Source of the DNA: Dictyostelium discoideum
Lineage: Eukaryota
Length of the DNA: 64,000 nucleotides
Direction: 5' to 3'
Assembly: GCA_000004695.1 (NCBI GenBank)
Contig: CM000153.2
Span: 4,736,001 to 4,800,000 of the forward strand
This document shows, in pieces, positions 29,267 to 41,520 of this stretch; within the stretch, counting starts at the first letter, position 1; each line of letters starts with the position of its first letter. The position numbers and the translations under genes are program-made. A model generated the notes under the pieces. It had not been told where the DNA came from. It did not search any database and was given only the letters and a program-made list of their open reading frames with translations.

Positions 29267-29815
29267 TTAATTAAATAATCTTAATGGTGGATTTGTTTTT
29301 GTACGAGATAAAACCATTTCCATAATCATTTTATTGTGAGAGACGTTTAAATCGAACTTTTCACCCTCTTTAACTATTACGCCATTAATTGAATTTACTT
29401 CGGTAGGTTGACCTCTGAGTATATCTTGTAACATACTTGAATAGTTAGCAGAAGTTTTCAAGACAATATCAGCAACATATTTAAATGCTTCATCTGAATC
29501 CTCTCCATATGGTAATGATATATTTTTTGCTTTACAAACACTTAATGCTTCAATGATAATTTTTTTCATTAAATTCTTGGAGTATTCATTCTCTAATAAT
29601 TGACCATTTGATACACCTAAAACTGCTGATAAAGGATTAATGGCAGCATTAGCCACCACTTTATTCCAAACCAAACCCTCTAAATCATCAGAGATATCAC
29701 TTGAAATTCCAGATTCATTTAAAATATCACAAAATGCTTTCAATGCTAAAATCTCTTCACGAGTGGAAGGTGGTGGAAATTGTGATAACAATTGCTGTTG
29801 TTGTAGTTGTTGTTG

Positions 29816-29848
<33 letters not shown>

Positions 29849-31611
29849 TAAATAAGGTGATGATAAAAATGTTGAACCAATACCAGTTTGTTTAACTGAG
29901 CCAGGAGATACTACAATTGCACCATTACTAGTTACACCTTGCCAAACATGGTTTTTCAAACCTTTATCAATATTAATTATACTTTCGAGTTCTTCACGAT
30001 TTCCAATACCATTTTGTAAAGTTAATACAGCAGCTTTAGGATTTCCACCAACCAATGTAGCGGCAGTTAATGCAGCTTGTTTAGTTGAGTTACTCTTTAC
30101 CAAAACCAATGCTAAATCTGGTGAAATACCATCTTTTAATACTTGCATTCCATCCAAGGTTGCTTTAATACCTTTAATATTCTCTTCTTTACCTTGAGGA
30201 TTAAAAAATTTCATTCCATTCTTATTGATACTTTCGACATGTTCTTTCCAAGCTGAAACCATCCAAACATCAGCAATACCTTTTGAAGCCAATTTTGCAC
30301 TAAAAAGACTTCCCATTGCACCTGCTCCAATCACAACGATCTTTGGTTTCCTTGAACCATTCAATGTCATTTTATTTGGTAAAATATTATTTTTAATTTC
30401 ATTATTAATTAATTTTGTTGAAATCTCTTCTGTTATTGGTGGTGTTGGTGTTAATTTGATTTTATCTTTTTCATTTTCATTTTCTTTAATTTGTGGTGAT
30501 ACTTGTGCCATTGTGGTAGTAGTAGTAGTATTAGGTACTATTACTTGTTGTTGTTGTTGCTGCTGTTGTTGTTGTTTTAATGCTTTATTTTGATTTAAAA
30601 TATTTTTATTTGATGATAAAATTGATGATTTATCAAATAATGAAGTTGATGTTGTATTACTATTTATAATTTTATCTAAAAATGGTGATAATTCAGATTC
30701 TTTCATTGAGAAAGAATGAGTAGGTGATGGAAATTCTCTTGATTCAACTTCATTTTTATAGTTTTTCAAAGATTGATCAATATTTTCTGATAGTGTTGCA
30801 TATTGTTTACAAAATTTAGGGACGAAATCTGAATATAGTCCCAATAGATCATGATAAACTAAAACTTGACCACTTGTACCATTACCAGCACCAATACCAA
30901 TGGTTGGAATCGATAGGGTATTAGTTATGGCCATAGCGGTTGCATGAGGTACCATTTCTAAAACAATAGCAAAACAACCTGCTTCTTGTAATGATTTTGC
31001 GTCCTCTAATAATGATAATGCTTCTTGTTCGGTTTTACCCTGTAATTTAAATCCACCTAGTGAAGTTGAAGTTTGTGGTGTTAGACCAATATGGCCGACA
31101 ACCAATATACCAGTATCACAAATTGCTTTAATCTTTTCAAATTGTTTTTTACCACCTTCCAATTTAATAGCATCAACACCACCTTCCTTTATTAAACGAA
31201 TTGCATTTGAAACCGCATCTTTTGTTGATGTTTCATAACTACCGAATGGCATATCACCAACTACAAATGACCTTTTACTACCTTTCATCACTGATTTACA
31301 ATGATAAATCATTTGTTCCATTGTCACTGATGTTGTACCACTCTCACCATTCATAACCATACCTAATGAATCTCCCACCAGTATCATATCCATTCCTGAT
31401 TTATCAACTATCTTTGAACTTGTAAAATCATATGCTGTAACCATTGAAATTGGTATACCATCTTTATATTTCTTTAAAATATCTAAAACTGTCTTTTTTT
31501 TATTTTCTCCCATTTCCTCTTTAACATGTGTTGAATAATTTAATCTTTGTTGTTGTTGTTGTTGTTGTTGATATTTTCCAAATAATTCATTTTTTTTATT
31601 ATTATAATTAA

Positions 31612-31645
<34 letters not shown>

Positions 31646-31777
31646 AATATTTAAACCATTGTTGGTAGGTAAAAATAATTTATTATTATTATTATTTAAG
31701 TTACTATATATTGATAATTTATTTTTAAATTTATTTATTATTTTAAATTGTTTATTGATTTTAATCATTATTTCCAA
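29267..31777 (-). CDS. Bifunctional pantoate-pathway enzyme: N-terminal 3-methyl-2-oxobutanoate hydroxymethyltransferase (PanB/KPHMT) fused to C-terminal 2-dehydropantoate 2-reductase (PanE/ApbA/KPR), 836 aa
   Basis: Single ORF. An N-terminal Asn-rich presequence, then the PanB core (ISMVTAYDFTSSKIVDKSGMDMILVGDSLGMVMNGESGTT…GDMPFGSY…AIKLEGG…VVGHIGLTPQ…VLEMVP). A Gln/Thr-rich linker follows. Then a KPR domain with Rossmann motif KIVVIGAGAMGSLFSAKL and the ApbA C-terminal domain (…VWNKVVANAAINPLSAVLGVSNGQLLEN…SMLQDILRGQPTEVNSINGVIV). Confidence 0.85.
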
Positions 31778-32924
31778 AAAAAAAAAAAAAAAAAAAAAAA
31801 GGTGTGTTTTTTAACAAAATAAATTATAGTTTTTTTTTTTTTTTTCCTAAAATGTTTATTGTATTTATCGAAAAATTATTAAAAAAAAAAAAAAGTGTGC
31901 GAGTGACAAAAAAAAAAAAAAAAACTATAACTAAAAATATATTAATATAAAATAAATAATAAATAAATATTTAAAATAAATAAATAAAATTATGAAATAA
32001 ATAAAATATTAATAATAATATTATAAATAAATATTAATTTTTTGTTATTTTTTTTTTTTTTATTACTATTAAAATAATGAATGAAACAATAAAATCTATA
32101 TATACAATTTCGATGACTAAAATTTAATTATGTAAAAAAAAATAATTAAAAGGGTGGTTTTTTTTTTTTTTTAATTATTTTTTTTTTTTTTATTTTTTTT
32201 TTTTTATTTTAATTTTTATTTTTTTATTTTTCCCAATATCTTTGCAAAATAGGTTCGTTTTCTGGAAGAATATTTTTATTATTTTTATTATTTTTTATTT
32301 TTTTTTTTTTTAATTAGTTTTTAATTTAAATTTGAAAAAAAAAAATAAAATAAAAAGTTTAAATAAGATAAATTTTGAAAAAAAAAAAAAAAAAATTAAT
32401 TTGAAAATAATTTTTTTAATTTGTGGTGTTATATTGAGACTTTTTTAGTTTTAAAACATGTCAAAAAAAAAAAAAAAACCATAAATTTCCAGAAATGTGG
32501 GTTGGGAAATTTAATTTTCTTTTTATTTTGGATCATTATATAAATATAATAAAAGTAATTTAATGTTGTCATTATTAAAAAAAATTTTGTTTTTTTTTTC
32601 TAATTTTATTTAATTTATTTTTTATTTTTTATTTTTTTTTTTAAAAAAAAAATTTATAAATTGAATTCTATATATACATTTATAAATAACTAATTTTATA
32701 AATTTTTAGAAAAAATAAGGGTGGTCGGATATAAAAATTTCGGCATTTATGTGGTGAAAAGTAATTTTGTGCGCTGGTTTTATTTTTTTATTTCCCTTAA
32801 AAAAAAAAATGATAGAAAAAAAAAAAAAAAATAAAAAAAAAAAAATAGAAAAAAAAATATACATACAACCAATTTATTTTTAAAATTATTTTTATTTTTT
32901 TTTTTTTTTTATTTTTTTTTATTT

Positions 32925-34804
32925 TTATTTATAACCAGTTTGAGAATATTTAAATAAGTTATTTTTAAAATCGTCAACTGGAGTTGGTTGTAAATATCTT
33001 GGTTGTGATTGTTGTGGTTGTAATGGTGGTGATTGATTATTAGGGGAAGATGAAGATGACGATGACGGAGTTGGAGTTACAGTTTGTGATTTCTTTTTAC
33101 CAGAAAGACTAAACCTTCTAGATTTCTTTCTTTCATGTGAAGGTGGTTGTTGTGGTGAAGATGATAATGGTGTTGATAAAGGTTCAGAGGGTGGTAAATT
33201 AATTGGATCAGTATCTCTAACTCTATCCAGTATTGGACTTTTATGTTTAATTTTTAATTTCTCTAATTCTGTTTGTTGACTTAATATATGATTTTTATTA
33301 TCTCCTCCTCCTCCTCCTCCTCCTACTTCTAAATTATTTTTATTTTTATTATTATTATCGCTATTATTGTCGCTATTATTATTATTTTTTAATTGTTTTT
33401 CATAATCACCAATAGGTATTAACGAATTTGGGGTTGATGATATATTTGTCGAAATTGTAGTTAATGATATATTATTTTCGTCATTCTTTTCATAGTCATT
33501 ATTATTATTATTACTACTACTATTATTATTATTACCATCATTTGTAATCATACCTCTTCCTTCATTATTATTTCTATTTAAGAATTTAAATTTCCATAAT
33601 TTAATTGAACTTGAATAATATCCTAATGAGTCTAAAATTGGGAATAATGCAAATTCCTAATATAAAATAAAATAAAATATTAATATTATATTATTATTAT
33701 TATTATATTATTGTTGTTTGATTAAAAAAAAAAAAAAAAAAGATGCCATACCAAAACACCAATTAATAAAACTACTATATCAACGAAAAAGAAAGCATTA
33801 AATAATGCTTGACTTATTTTACCAATATTTAATGTGAAAATTAAAACTACTTTAATTGCTACTTCTAATGGTAAAAATGCTATAAAACTGAATTGTAATA
33901 ATCTAATTCTATTTATTAGTGACCTATTAATAATTGTTTTTGAGAATTTTCTTGATATAAAAACTATAATAAATAATTATTATTTTATTGGAAGGATGAC
34001 AAATAAAATATATTAGTAAACTTCATTTTGATACATGTATTTTGTGTTTTGTTTTGTTTTGTTTTTTTTTTTTTTTTTTCTTCCAACACTTACTAAAAAA
34101 TAATAAAAATAAAACATAAAATATAGCAAATGCAGCAGTGCTAACAATTGGTACTAAACATTTTGATTCTTCATTATCGAATACAGTATATGCTATATTA
34201 ACCTTATCATTTAATGCATCTAAAATTAATAATACAATATGAACAATAATCAATGGTAACGAACATATAAATGCACATAAATAAACATAATCATTTGGGT
34301 CTTCAAAATTTAATCTATTTGTAAAAATTCTAAAAATTCCACTCTGATTATTATTATTATTACGACCTTTATCTCTACTACAAAATTTTAAAAAGTATTT
34401 ATAAAAAAAAAAAAAAAATTAGTTTATATTTTAATAAATTATTATTTATTATTTATTATTGAATTTACATACTTTGTTTTTGATTTAAGTGTAAATAATA
34501 CAGATAAAAAGAATAAGGGTTCAGCTAAACCTACAGTAAAGAATAAATGTAAACCACAAATTGCAGCAGAATGTGATTTTATACCAAATAAACCATCTGT
34601 ATTCCAAAGGTATTCATTACCCAACATTAAAAATACAACCCATATAAATGCTGAACTTGCTAGTAATGCTCTTGATTTCCAATACATATTAAACTCTAAT
34701 TTTCTATTCTTTATAATCACTACTATCACACCAATTAAAAATAATAATACAATCAATACAATGACAAATTCAATAATACCTAATATCTTTTGCCATGATT
34801 CCAT
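32925..34804 (-). CDS. Multi-pass membrane protein with Ser/Pro/Gln-rich C-terminal tail, 4 exons: 34804..34463, 34376..34094, 33953..33751, 33657..32925
   Basis: Exon 1 (MESWQKILGIIEFVIVLIVLLFLIGVIVV…) ends AAA ACA AA|GTATGT. Acceptor ttttgtag|T AGA GAT gives …NRDKGRNNNNNQSGIFRIF…CLVPIVSTAAFAIFYVLFLLFF (ORF 34023..34253 fragment). Donor TTT A|GTAAGTG avoids read-through into a poly-K artefact. Exon 3 ttattatag|TT TTT ATA…GVL ends TTG|GTATGG. Exon 4 atattag|GAA TTT GCA… reads into ORF 32925..33551. Each junction is phase-consistent. About 7 hydrophobic helices. Family not recognised. Confidence 0.5.
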
Positions 34805-35304
34805 TTTTTTTTTTTTTTTTTTTTTTTATATCTTTATTTGAATTATATTATTACAGCGAAATTATTATTATTGTTTTTTTATTTTATTTTATTTTATTAT
34901 TTTATTTTATTATACATAGATATTTTTTTTTTTTTTTTTATCTTTTGTTTTGATCTTTTTTTTTTTTTATTAATTTTTTTTTTTTTTTTACAGATATAAA
35001 AAAAAAAAAAAAATTGGATGTGATTGATTATAGGAGTCAGAAAAAAAAAAAATTAATAATATGATTAAAAAATTTATTTATATTTTTACAACCAAATTAC
35101 CGTTAAAAAAAAAAAAAATTTTATTTTATTTTTTTTTTTTAATTTTTTTTTTTTTTTTTTCATTTTTATTTTTATTTTTATTTATTTTTATTTTTATTTT
35201 TATTTTTATTTTTTTTTAAAAATTTTTTAAAAGGGTGTTGTGTGTGATCACACAAAAATAAACATTTGATATCTCACAAAAATCTTACCAAAGATTTTTT
35301 TTTT

Positions 35305-35336
<32 letters not shown>

Positions 35337-35345
35337 TTTTTCTTT

Positions 35346-35440
35346 CCCTCACACCCACTAATCCAAAGATGTGGGAAACACTAAAATTTTTTTTTTTTTT
35401 TTTCCCTCATACCCACTAATCCAAAGATGTGGAATCACTA
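35346..35440 (+). promoter_or_regulatory. Two copies of a ~36-bp element 'ccctca[c/t]acccactaatccaaagatgtgg(g)aa[a/t]cacta' (58-bp period), each with an internal 5-bp inverted repeat (cccac…gtggg), embedded in poly-T
   Basis: Directly visible. It sits between the 3' end of the CaCA gene (35485, minus) and the 5' end of the multi-TM gene (ATG 34804, minus), ~550-640 bp upstream of the latter. Confidence 0.3.
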
Positions 35441-35484
35441 ATTGTTATTTTAATATTTTTATTTTTTTTTTTATTTTTTTTATT

Positions 35485-35731
35485 TTAAGCAATTGGGTCA
35501 ATAACAGGTATATCACCTTCATCAATGTTTATATTATATTTATATTGTATTATTCCAGCTAATAAGAAAATAGCGAATAACATTAAACCATGTTGTTGTT
35601 TTATCTTGTTCACAAAATAACCAATACCAGATGCTGCAGCTGCACAAATTGTCAATAATATCAAGCATAATGAATATGTAGGTGATTCCCATTCAAATCC
35701 TTTAACAACTCCAAAGAAACAGAAAATCTAT

Positions 35732-35775
<44 letters not shown>

Positions 35776-36590
35776 AATACATTAGTTTAATTATAATTAA
35801 ATAAATAGAAATAGAAATAAAAATAAAAACTTACACCCATTAATAAAGTTGTTTTGGTTATTGTACCACCAATTAAATTTGAAAAAGCTATATTAATACT
35901 TTGAGAATGACCTTTTCTTGATAATGAAATTGATTCTAAGATTTCAGGCATTTCTGAAGCAATTGGAGCTAAAAAGAATGCTAATAAGATTGGATTAATT
36001 TCCCAAGATGATGCTAATGATACAATTGAGTCAATGAATGGTTTACTAAAGTAACAAATTAAAAGACCACCTAAAAATAAATAAAATACACCTTTATATA
36101 ATGGTTCGTCATGTTCATCTTCTTCATCGGTGTCTTCGTCGTCGGATTCTGTTGATGATGCTGTTGTTGATGCTGTCGTTTGTTCATTTGCACCATTCTT
36201 TCTTTCACCCATTTCAATATCACGATCTTCTTTTTTCTCGTCTTCTGGTAATTTATGAAATAATGAATATCCAATGAATATTAAATAATAGATTATTCCG
36301 AAAATACCAAAGAAAACATTATATCCAACCAATGATAAGAATAATGGTATCAATAATGATAATAGTAAAATTAAACATTGCTTTTTAACTGGTGGTTGTA
36401 ATTGAAATGATCCACCTTTTCTATTTCTTGTACCTAAAACTATACAACATCCCAACGCTACTGTACAAACTACAATACTACTACCACTAACTGCTCCAAC
36501 TGCAAATCTTGTATTATCACTTGTTAATGCTGTTATAAAGAAAATTGCTTCTGGTGCTAAAATATAATAGCAAAATATTAATTATATTAG

Positions 36591-36627
<37 letters not shown>

Positions 36628-36787
36628 TGTGTGAATTGCACTTACCTGTATTTAACCAAGCTATAATTAGACCACCAATAATTGAGGCATCATATTTCTT
36701 ACCAAGGATTTCACCACCTTCACCAACACACCAAGATGCAAAACAAAGAAATGCAAACGATAAAAATGCTGTGATAACTGGTGTCAT
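35485..36787 (-). CDS. Ca2+/cation antiporter (CaCA) superfamily membrane protein (sodium/calcium-exchanger-like), 3 exons: 36787..36646, 36556..35835, 35727..35485
   Basis: Exon 1 (MTPVITAFLSF…IIGGLIIAWLNT) ends ACA G|GTAAGTG. The intron contains (TA)n. Acceptor tattttag|CA CCA GAA gives the alpha-1 repeat 'NTAPEAIFFITAL'. Exon 2 holds the central acidic loop (ESDDEDTDEEDEHDE) and the alpha-2 repeat 'LAPIASEMPEILESISLSRKG'. Donor ATG GGT|GTAAGT. Acceptor aataatag|ATT TTC TGT yields two further TM helices and the stop at 35485. Confidence 0.6.
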
Positions 36788-37021
36788 ATTAAATTTAATA
36801 AAAAAAAGGGTGTGAAAGTCCAACCTTTTTATTTTATAAAAACAAGAATTTTATTTTATTTTTTTTTTTTAATTTTTGAAAAAAAAAAAAAAAATTAAAA
36901 AATTATTTTGTTTTTTTAAAAATAATTTTCCAATAAAAGAAATAATAATAATGTTACAAATAAATTTAGATATTACAAAATTATATTTATATTTATACTA
37001 TAAACATTCGTTTTTTCAATT

Positions 37022-37059
<38 letters not shown>

Positions 37060-37187
37060 TCATTTGAAAATTAAATTGATTTTTTTATTTTTTTTTTTTT
37101 TTTTATTTTTATTTTTATTTTTATTTTTATTTTTATTTTTATTTTTATTTTTTTATTTTTATTTTTAATTTTAATTTTAACAAACCA

Positions 37188-37236
<49 letters not shown>

Positions 37237-37312
37237 CTAAACAGAAATAATAAAAATAAAATATTAATTAATTGGTTTTTTTTTTTTATTTTTTTTTATT
37301 TTTTTTTTTTTA

Positions 37313-38503
37313 TTAATAATTTGGATCAACTTTTTTTGATAATTTCATTAACATATAAGTGAAAATGAAAACTATTAAAACAAAAACAATGATAAGACAA
37401 TAGTTTAAAGTATCTTTTGTTGATTTTGATGTATAATCTTTTAAATTTAAATTTTGTCTTTGAATTTTTGAAGAACTTGTATCAACCAATTGACCAAGTT
37501 CATTTAATTTTTTATCTTCTTCCGATAGTTTTGTTGACATTGTATTTGAATGATTCTTTAAACTCTCTGAGTAATCTAATAGTTCAGATGTTAATAGCTC
37601 TTGTTGTAATCTTTGTTCCTCTGTTTTCTTTTCAAATGAATCATCATCCAATAACTCATTATTAAATAAATTATCATTCTCTGCTGCTTTATTACCTAAT
37701 AAACTCTTTAATTCTGAATTTCTATTTTGAAATTGATTTCTAAATCTTAATGCTGGTGATAAATTATTATTATTACTGCTACTAAAATTACTCCTATTTG
37801 GTGTTTTAATTATATTATTATTATTATTATTATTATTATTGCTATTATTATTATTGCTATTATCTACATTTTGTGGTATTAATTGGTCAATTTTCTTTTT
37901 TTCTTCTTTATTTCTTGTTTTCATTACAGTTTGAATTTCATCCATTTTCTTTGAATGTGAAATACTACTAGCTTGTAGACGTACGATACTGGGTTTATTT
38001 GAAATTGGTGAATTTAATTTCTCTTTATTTACAAGTCCAACTATTACATCTATCTTTCTAGAATATTCACTTAATGCTTCTTTTGATATAATATAATTTG
38101 ATGATGATGATGAGGGAGTAGATGTAGAAGATGATGGTGTTGTTGATGAAGATGAGGGAGAAGATAATTGAGCTATTTGGGGTGAACTTAATTGATTTGC
38201 AGTATTTGTATATAATTGAAATAATGGTGACGATAATGATTGTTGTTGCTGTTGTTGTTGCTGATGTTGATGTTGCTGTTTATTTTGTTCATACATTTTC
38301 TCATTTAATTGTTTTAATAGTGATAACATAGTTGGTATATATCTTTCAACTGTGAATGTATTATCAATGAGTACTGGTCTAATCTCACCTTCACCATTAA
38401 TAACATCAACTTTATCGTCATCCGCTATAATCTTTTCACATGATGATATTAATCTCTTTAAATTAATTTCTATCTTTTTAATATCACTTATATTTGTTGT
38501 CAT
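37313..38503 (-). CDS. Tail-anchored coiled-coil protein, possible ER/Golgi SNARE (Sec20/Use1/syntaxin-18-like), 396 aa
   Basis: Single ORF. A membrane-proximal heptad/SNARE-like segment (…LGQLVDTSSSKIQRQNLNLKDYTSKSTKDTL) lies immediately before one C-terminal TM helix (NYCLIIVFVLIVFIFTYMLM) and a short luminal tail. The middle is Gln/Ser/Asn-rich low complexity. The specific SNARE family is not determinable by eye. Confidence 0.4.
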   Translation of the reverse strand: MTTNISDIKKIEINLKRLISSCEKIIADDDKVDVINGEGEIRPVLIDNTFTVERYIPTMLSLLKQLNEKMYEQNKQQHQHQQQQQQQQSLSSPLFQLYTNTANQLSSPQIAQLSSPSSSSTTPSSSTSTPSSSSSNYIISKEALSEYSRKIDVIVGLVNKEKLNSPISNKPSIVRLQASSISHSKKMDEIQTVMKTRNKEEKKKIDQLIPQNVDNSNNNNSNNNNNNNNNIIKTPNRSNFSSSNNNNLSPALRFRNQFQNRNSELKSLLGNKAAENDNLFNNELLDDDSFEKKTEEQRLQQELLTSELLDYSESLKNHSNTMSTKLSEEDKKLNELGQLVDTSSSKIQRQNLNLKDYTSKSTKDTLNYCLIIVFVLIVFIFTYMLMKLSKKVDPNY

Positions 38504-38577
38504 TGTAATTTATACATATATAAATATAATTATTTTTCTGTGTGTTTTTATTATTTTCATTTAAATGTTTGGAATTG

Positions 38578-38611
<34 letters not shown>

Positions 38612-38706
38612 ATTTTCTGTTTTTTTTTTTTTTTAATTAAAAAATAAAAATTAAAACCACAGACACGTGTGTTTATTGTGAGTCAAAAAATAAAAACAAA
38701 AATAAA

Positions 38707-39636
38707 ATGGATATTTATAGTTTTAAGAATATTCAAATTGTGACCACCTCAAAAGAATTGGTGGACATTGTTTCACTAAAGATTCAAAATAATTTTCAAA
38801 CAGATAAGCAAAATTCAATTAGTCATATTCGTTCCACATATATGAAAAAAGTTAAATGCGCATCACAGTTCTATAATGAAAAATTAAATCAAATTGTTAT
38901 TGATTTTCCATTTTTAGAAGTATGTACTTATAAAATAAAATATATTTAAAAATACATGTAAAATAAAATTAATTTTTTTAATTTTTTTAATTTTTTTTTT
39001 TATATAAATAAAGAATATTCATCCATTTTATAAAGATATTTTAAATAAAGAATGTGATTTAAATAAATATAAAATAGAATTGGATCAAATTAGTATTGTT
39101 ATAAATTCAATTATTAAAATAAAAAATAAATATTTAAAATTATTGAAATATAGTAATTCATTAAACCAATTTAAACAATTGGAAATAATTTCAATAAATA
39201 GAATTAATAAATTAATTTTAAATTATGAATCATCTTTAAAATATTTAGAACAATTTAGAAAACATTTATTAAATTTACCATCAATTAATGCAAATACACC
39301 AACGCTATTAATAATTGGGTATCCATTAGTTGGTAAATCAACATTAACGAATATTCTAACAATTGCAAATGTTAATGTTGAAACATTAACTTCAAATTTA
39401 TTATTCGTTGGTAATACAAATTTTCAAAATAATAATAATAATAATAGTATTTTACAAGTTATAGATACTCAAAGTATATTTGATCATCCATTAGTAGATG
39501 AAATTGAAATCAAGTCTATTAATGCATTAACTCATTTAAATTGTTGTATTTTATTTTTAATTGATATTTCTGAACAATGTGGTTATTCAATTAAAAAACA
39601 AGTAAAGTATAAAACATTTAAAAATGAAAAACTATT

Positions 39637-39699
<63 letters not shown>

Positions 39700-39979
39700 T
39701 AATTTTTTTTTTTTTTTTTTTTTTTTAATACATTAGGTTGATTTATTTTTAAATGTTCAATTATTATTTTCTGACAAACCATCATTGATTTTATTAAATA
39801 AAATTGATATAAAAAATCCCAACCATTTACCTGAAAATGATTGGAAATTATTAAAAAATTTGGAAAAACCAATAAATAGTAGTTTTGGTGGTATACAATT
39901 AATACCAATGTCAAATTTAATAAGTGATAGTATTTTAAAAGTTAAAGAGAAAGCATATAACACTTTAAATGGGATTTAA
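38707..39979 (+). CDS. Nog1 (nucleolar GTP-binding protein 1/GTPBP4)-like truncated paralogue, 3 exons: 38707..38919, 39014..39601, 39737..39979 (~348 aa)
   Basis: Exon 1 matches the NOG1 N-terminal domain (FKNIQIVTTSKELVDIVSLKIQ…HIRSTYMKKVKCASQFYNEKLNQIVIDFPFLE|GTATGT). Exon 2 (aaag|AAT ATT CAT CCA TTT TAT) gives IHPFYKDIL… plus G1 'LLIIGYPLVGKSTLTN'. G3 is degenerate ('VIDTQSIFD' instead of DTPG). 'CILFLIDISEQCGYSIKKQ' ends the exon (donor CAA|GTAAAG). The intron contains (ATA)n/poly-T. Exon 3 (cattag|GTT GAT TTA TTT) gives VDLFLNVQLLFSDKPSLILLNKID (NKxD) and ends 'KAYNTLNGI*' with no NOGCT domain. Confidence 0.75.
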
Positions 39980-40483
39980 AATAAAAAAAAAAAAAAAAAA
40001 AAAACCTTTTTGGCAATAACCAAATTAAAAGAAAAAATAAAAAAATAAAAATAAAAAATTTGTTTATTATAATAAACATTGTTTCCTGTAATATATGTTC
40101 AAAATCATACGGTTGATTTTTTTTTTCTGAAAATGATGTTGGTTTTCTTTTTTTTTTTTTTTTTTTTTTTTTATAAAATGTAAAATGAAAGTGAACAACA
40201 AAAAAAAATACACTATTTTTAGGTTCCAAATATTCAAAATAATAGGCTAAATTTGCAATATTGTAAAACATAATCTCGATAGAAATACACAAAAGAAAAA
40301 AGGTTTATTTTTTTTTTTAAAAATTTTATTATCTTTTTTTTTCATTTAAATTTATTAAATTTAATTTAATTTTTTTTTTAATTAAATTATTGAAAAAAAA
40401 AAAAGTAAAGTAAACTTCAAAAAAAAAAAAAAAAGTAAATGGTTTAAATGAATGCTATTATTAGAACAAAAACCAAAATTATA

Positions 40484-40515
<32 letters not shown>

Positions 40516-40780
40516 CTTCACCTATTGAGGCTAATTTTGTAAAATTTAGATGTCAAAATCATTCCCAAATAGAAAAGGTCCATTATTTTAAAAAGAATGG
40601 TTTGTCCATGGACACTTTAATTAAATTTTAATAAAACATTTTTTTTAAAAACTTTTTTTTTTTTAATTGTGTCATACAACGTCATAGTAAAATATAAACT
40701 AATCTATTTTTAAAATTTTTTTTTTTTTTTTAAACCCAAAAATAAAAAAAAAAGTTAAAACACTTAGTAAGTTCTAAAAC

Positions 40781-40820
<40 letters not shown>

Positions 40821-41469
40821 TATAAAAGAGATAAAAAATATCTGTTTACTTTTTTTTTTCTAAACACTTTTTTATTTGAAAATAAGAAAAAAAAAAAAAA
40901 AAAAAATTAAAAAAAAAAAAAAAAAAAATAAAGACTATAAGTAATTTATTTTTTTGTGCATTGTTTATTATAATAAAATTTGACTGTTACATATCTTTTT
41001 TTTTTCACAGACTCTATTTTAAGCCTTTTTTTTTTTCAAAAAATATCTCCCAAATTGTGCCATTGCCCCTACTAAATTTTTTGAAAAAGTGTAAAAAAAA
41101 TAATGAGATTTCAATTCAGATTGAAATGTCGTTTATTATAATAAAATTACCAACCAATCAAATGATATAAAACTGATATTTTTTTTTTTTTTTTTTTTTT
41201 TCTGGGCTCGAAAGTTAATTTAAAATGACTCCACATAACTCGCACAATGAAAACTTTTAATCGGCCTATTTCTACTGAGATCAAAATAATTTAAATGAAA
41301 ATAATCCCCTAACTGTTTTCTTTTTTTTTTTTTATTTTTTTTTATTTAATTTTTTTTTTTTATTTTAATTTAAAAAAATTTTTTTTATTTTTTCGGTTAT
41401 AGATTTCCTTTTTTAAAGGGCGTGATACATATCTTTTTTATTTTTTTTTTTTTTTTCTAAAATTCTGAC

Positions 41470-41520
<51 letters not shown>

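Noticed and set aside
34845-34870. 'ttattacagcgaaatt' resembling the Dictyostelium Class I RNA 11-nt motif CCUUACAGCAA
   Set aside because: Only ~8 of 11 positions match. There is no DUSE element ~60 nt upstream and no terminal stem. It lies in the 5' UTR/promoter of the multi-TM gene.
40961-41170. 69-aa ORF in the 2.2-kb AT-rich spacer
   Set aside because: Low-complexity Phe/Ile/Lys composition, no splice partners, no similarity to anything recognisable.
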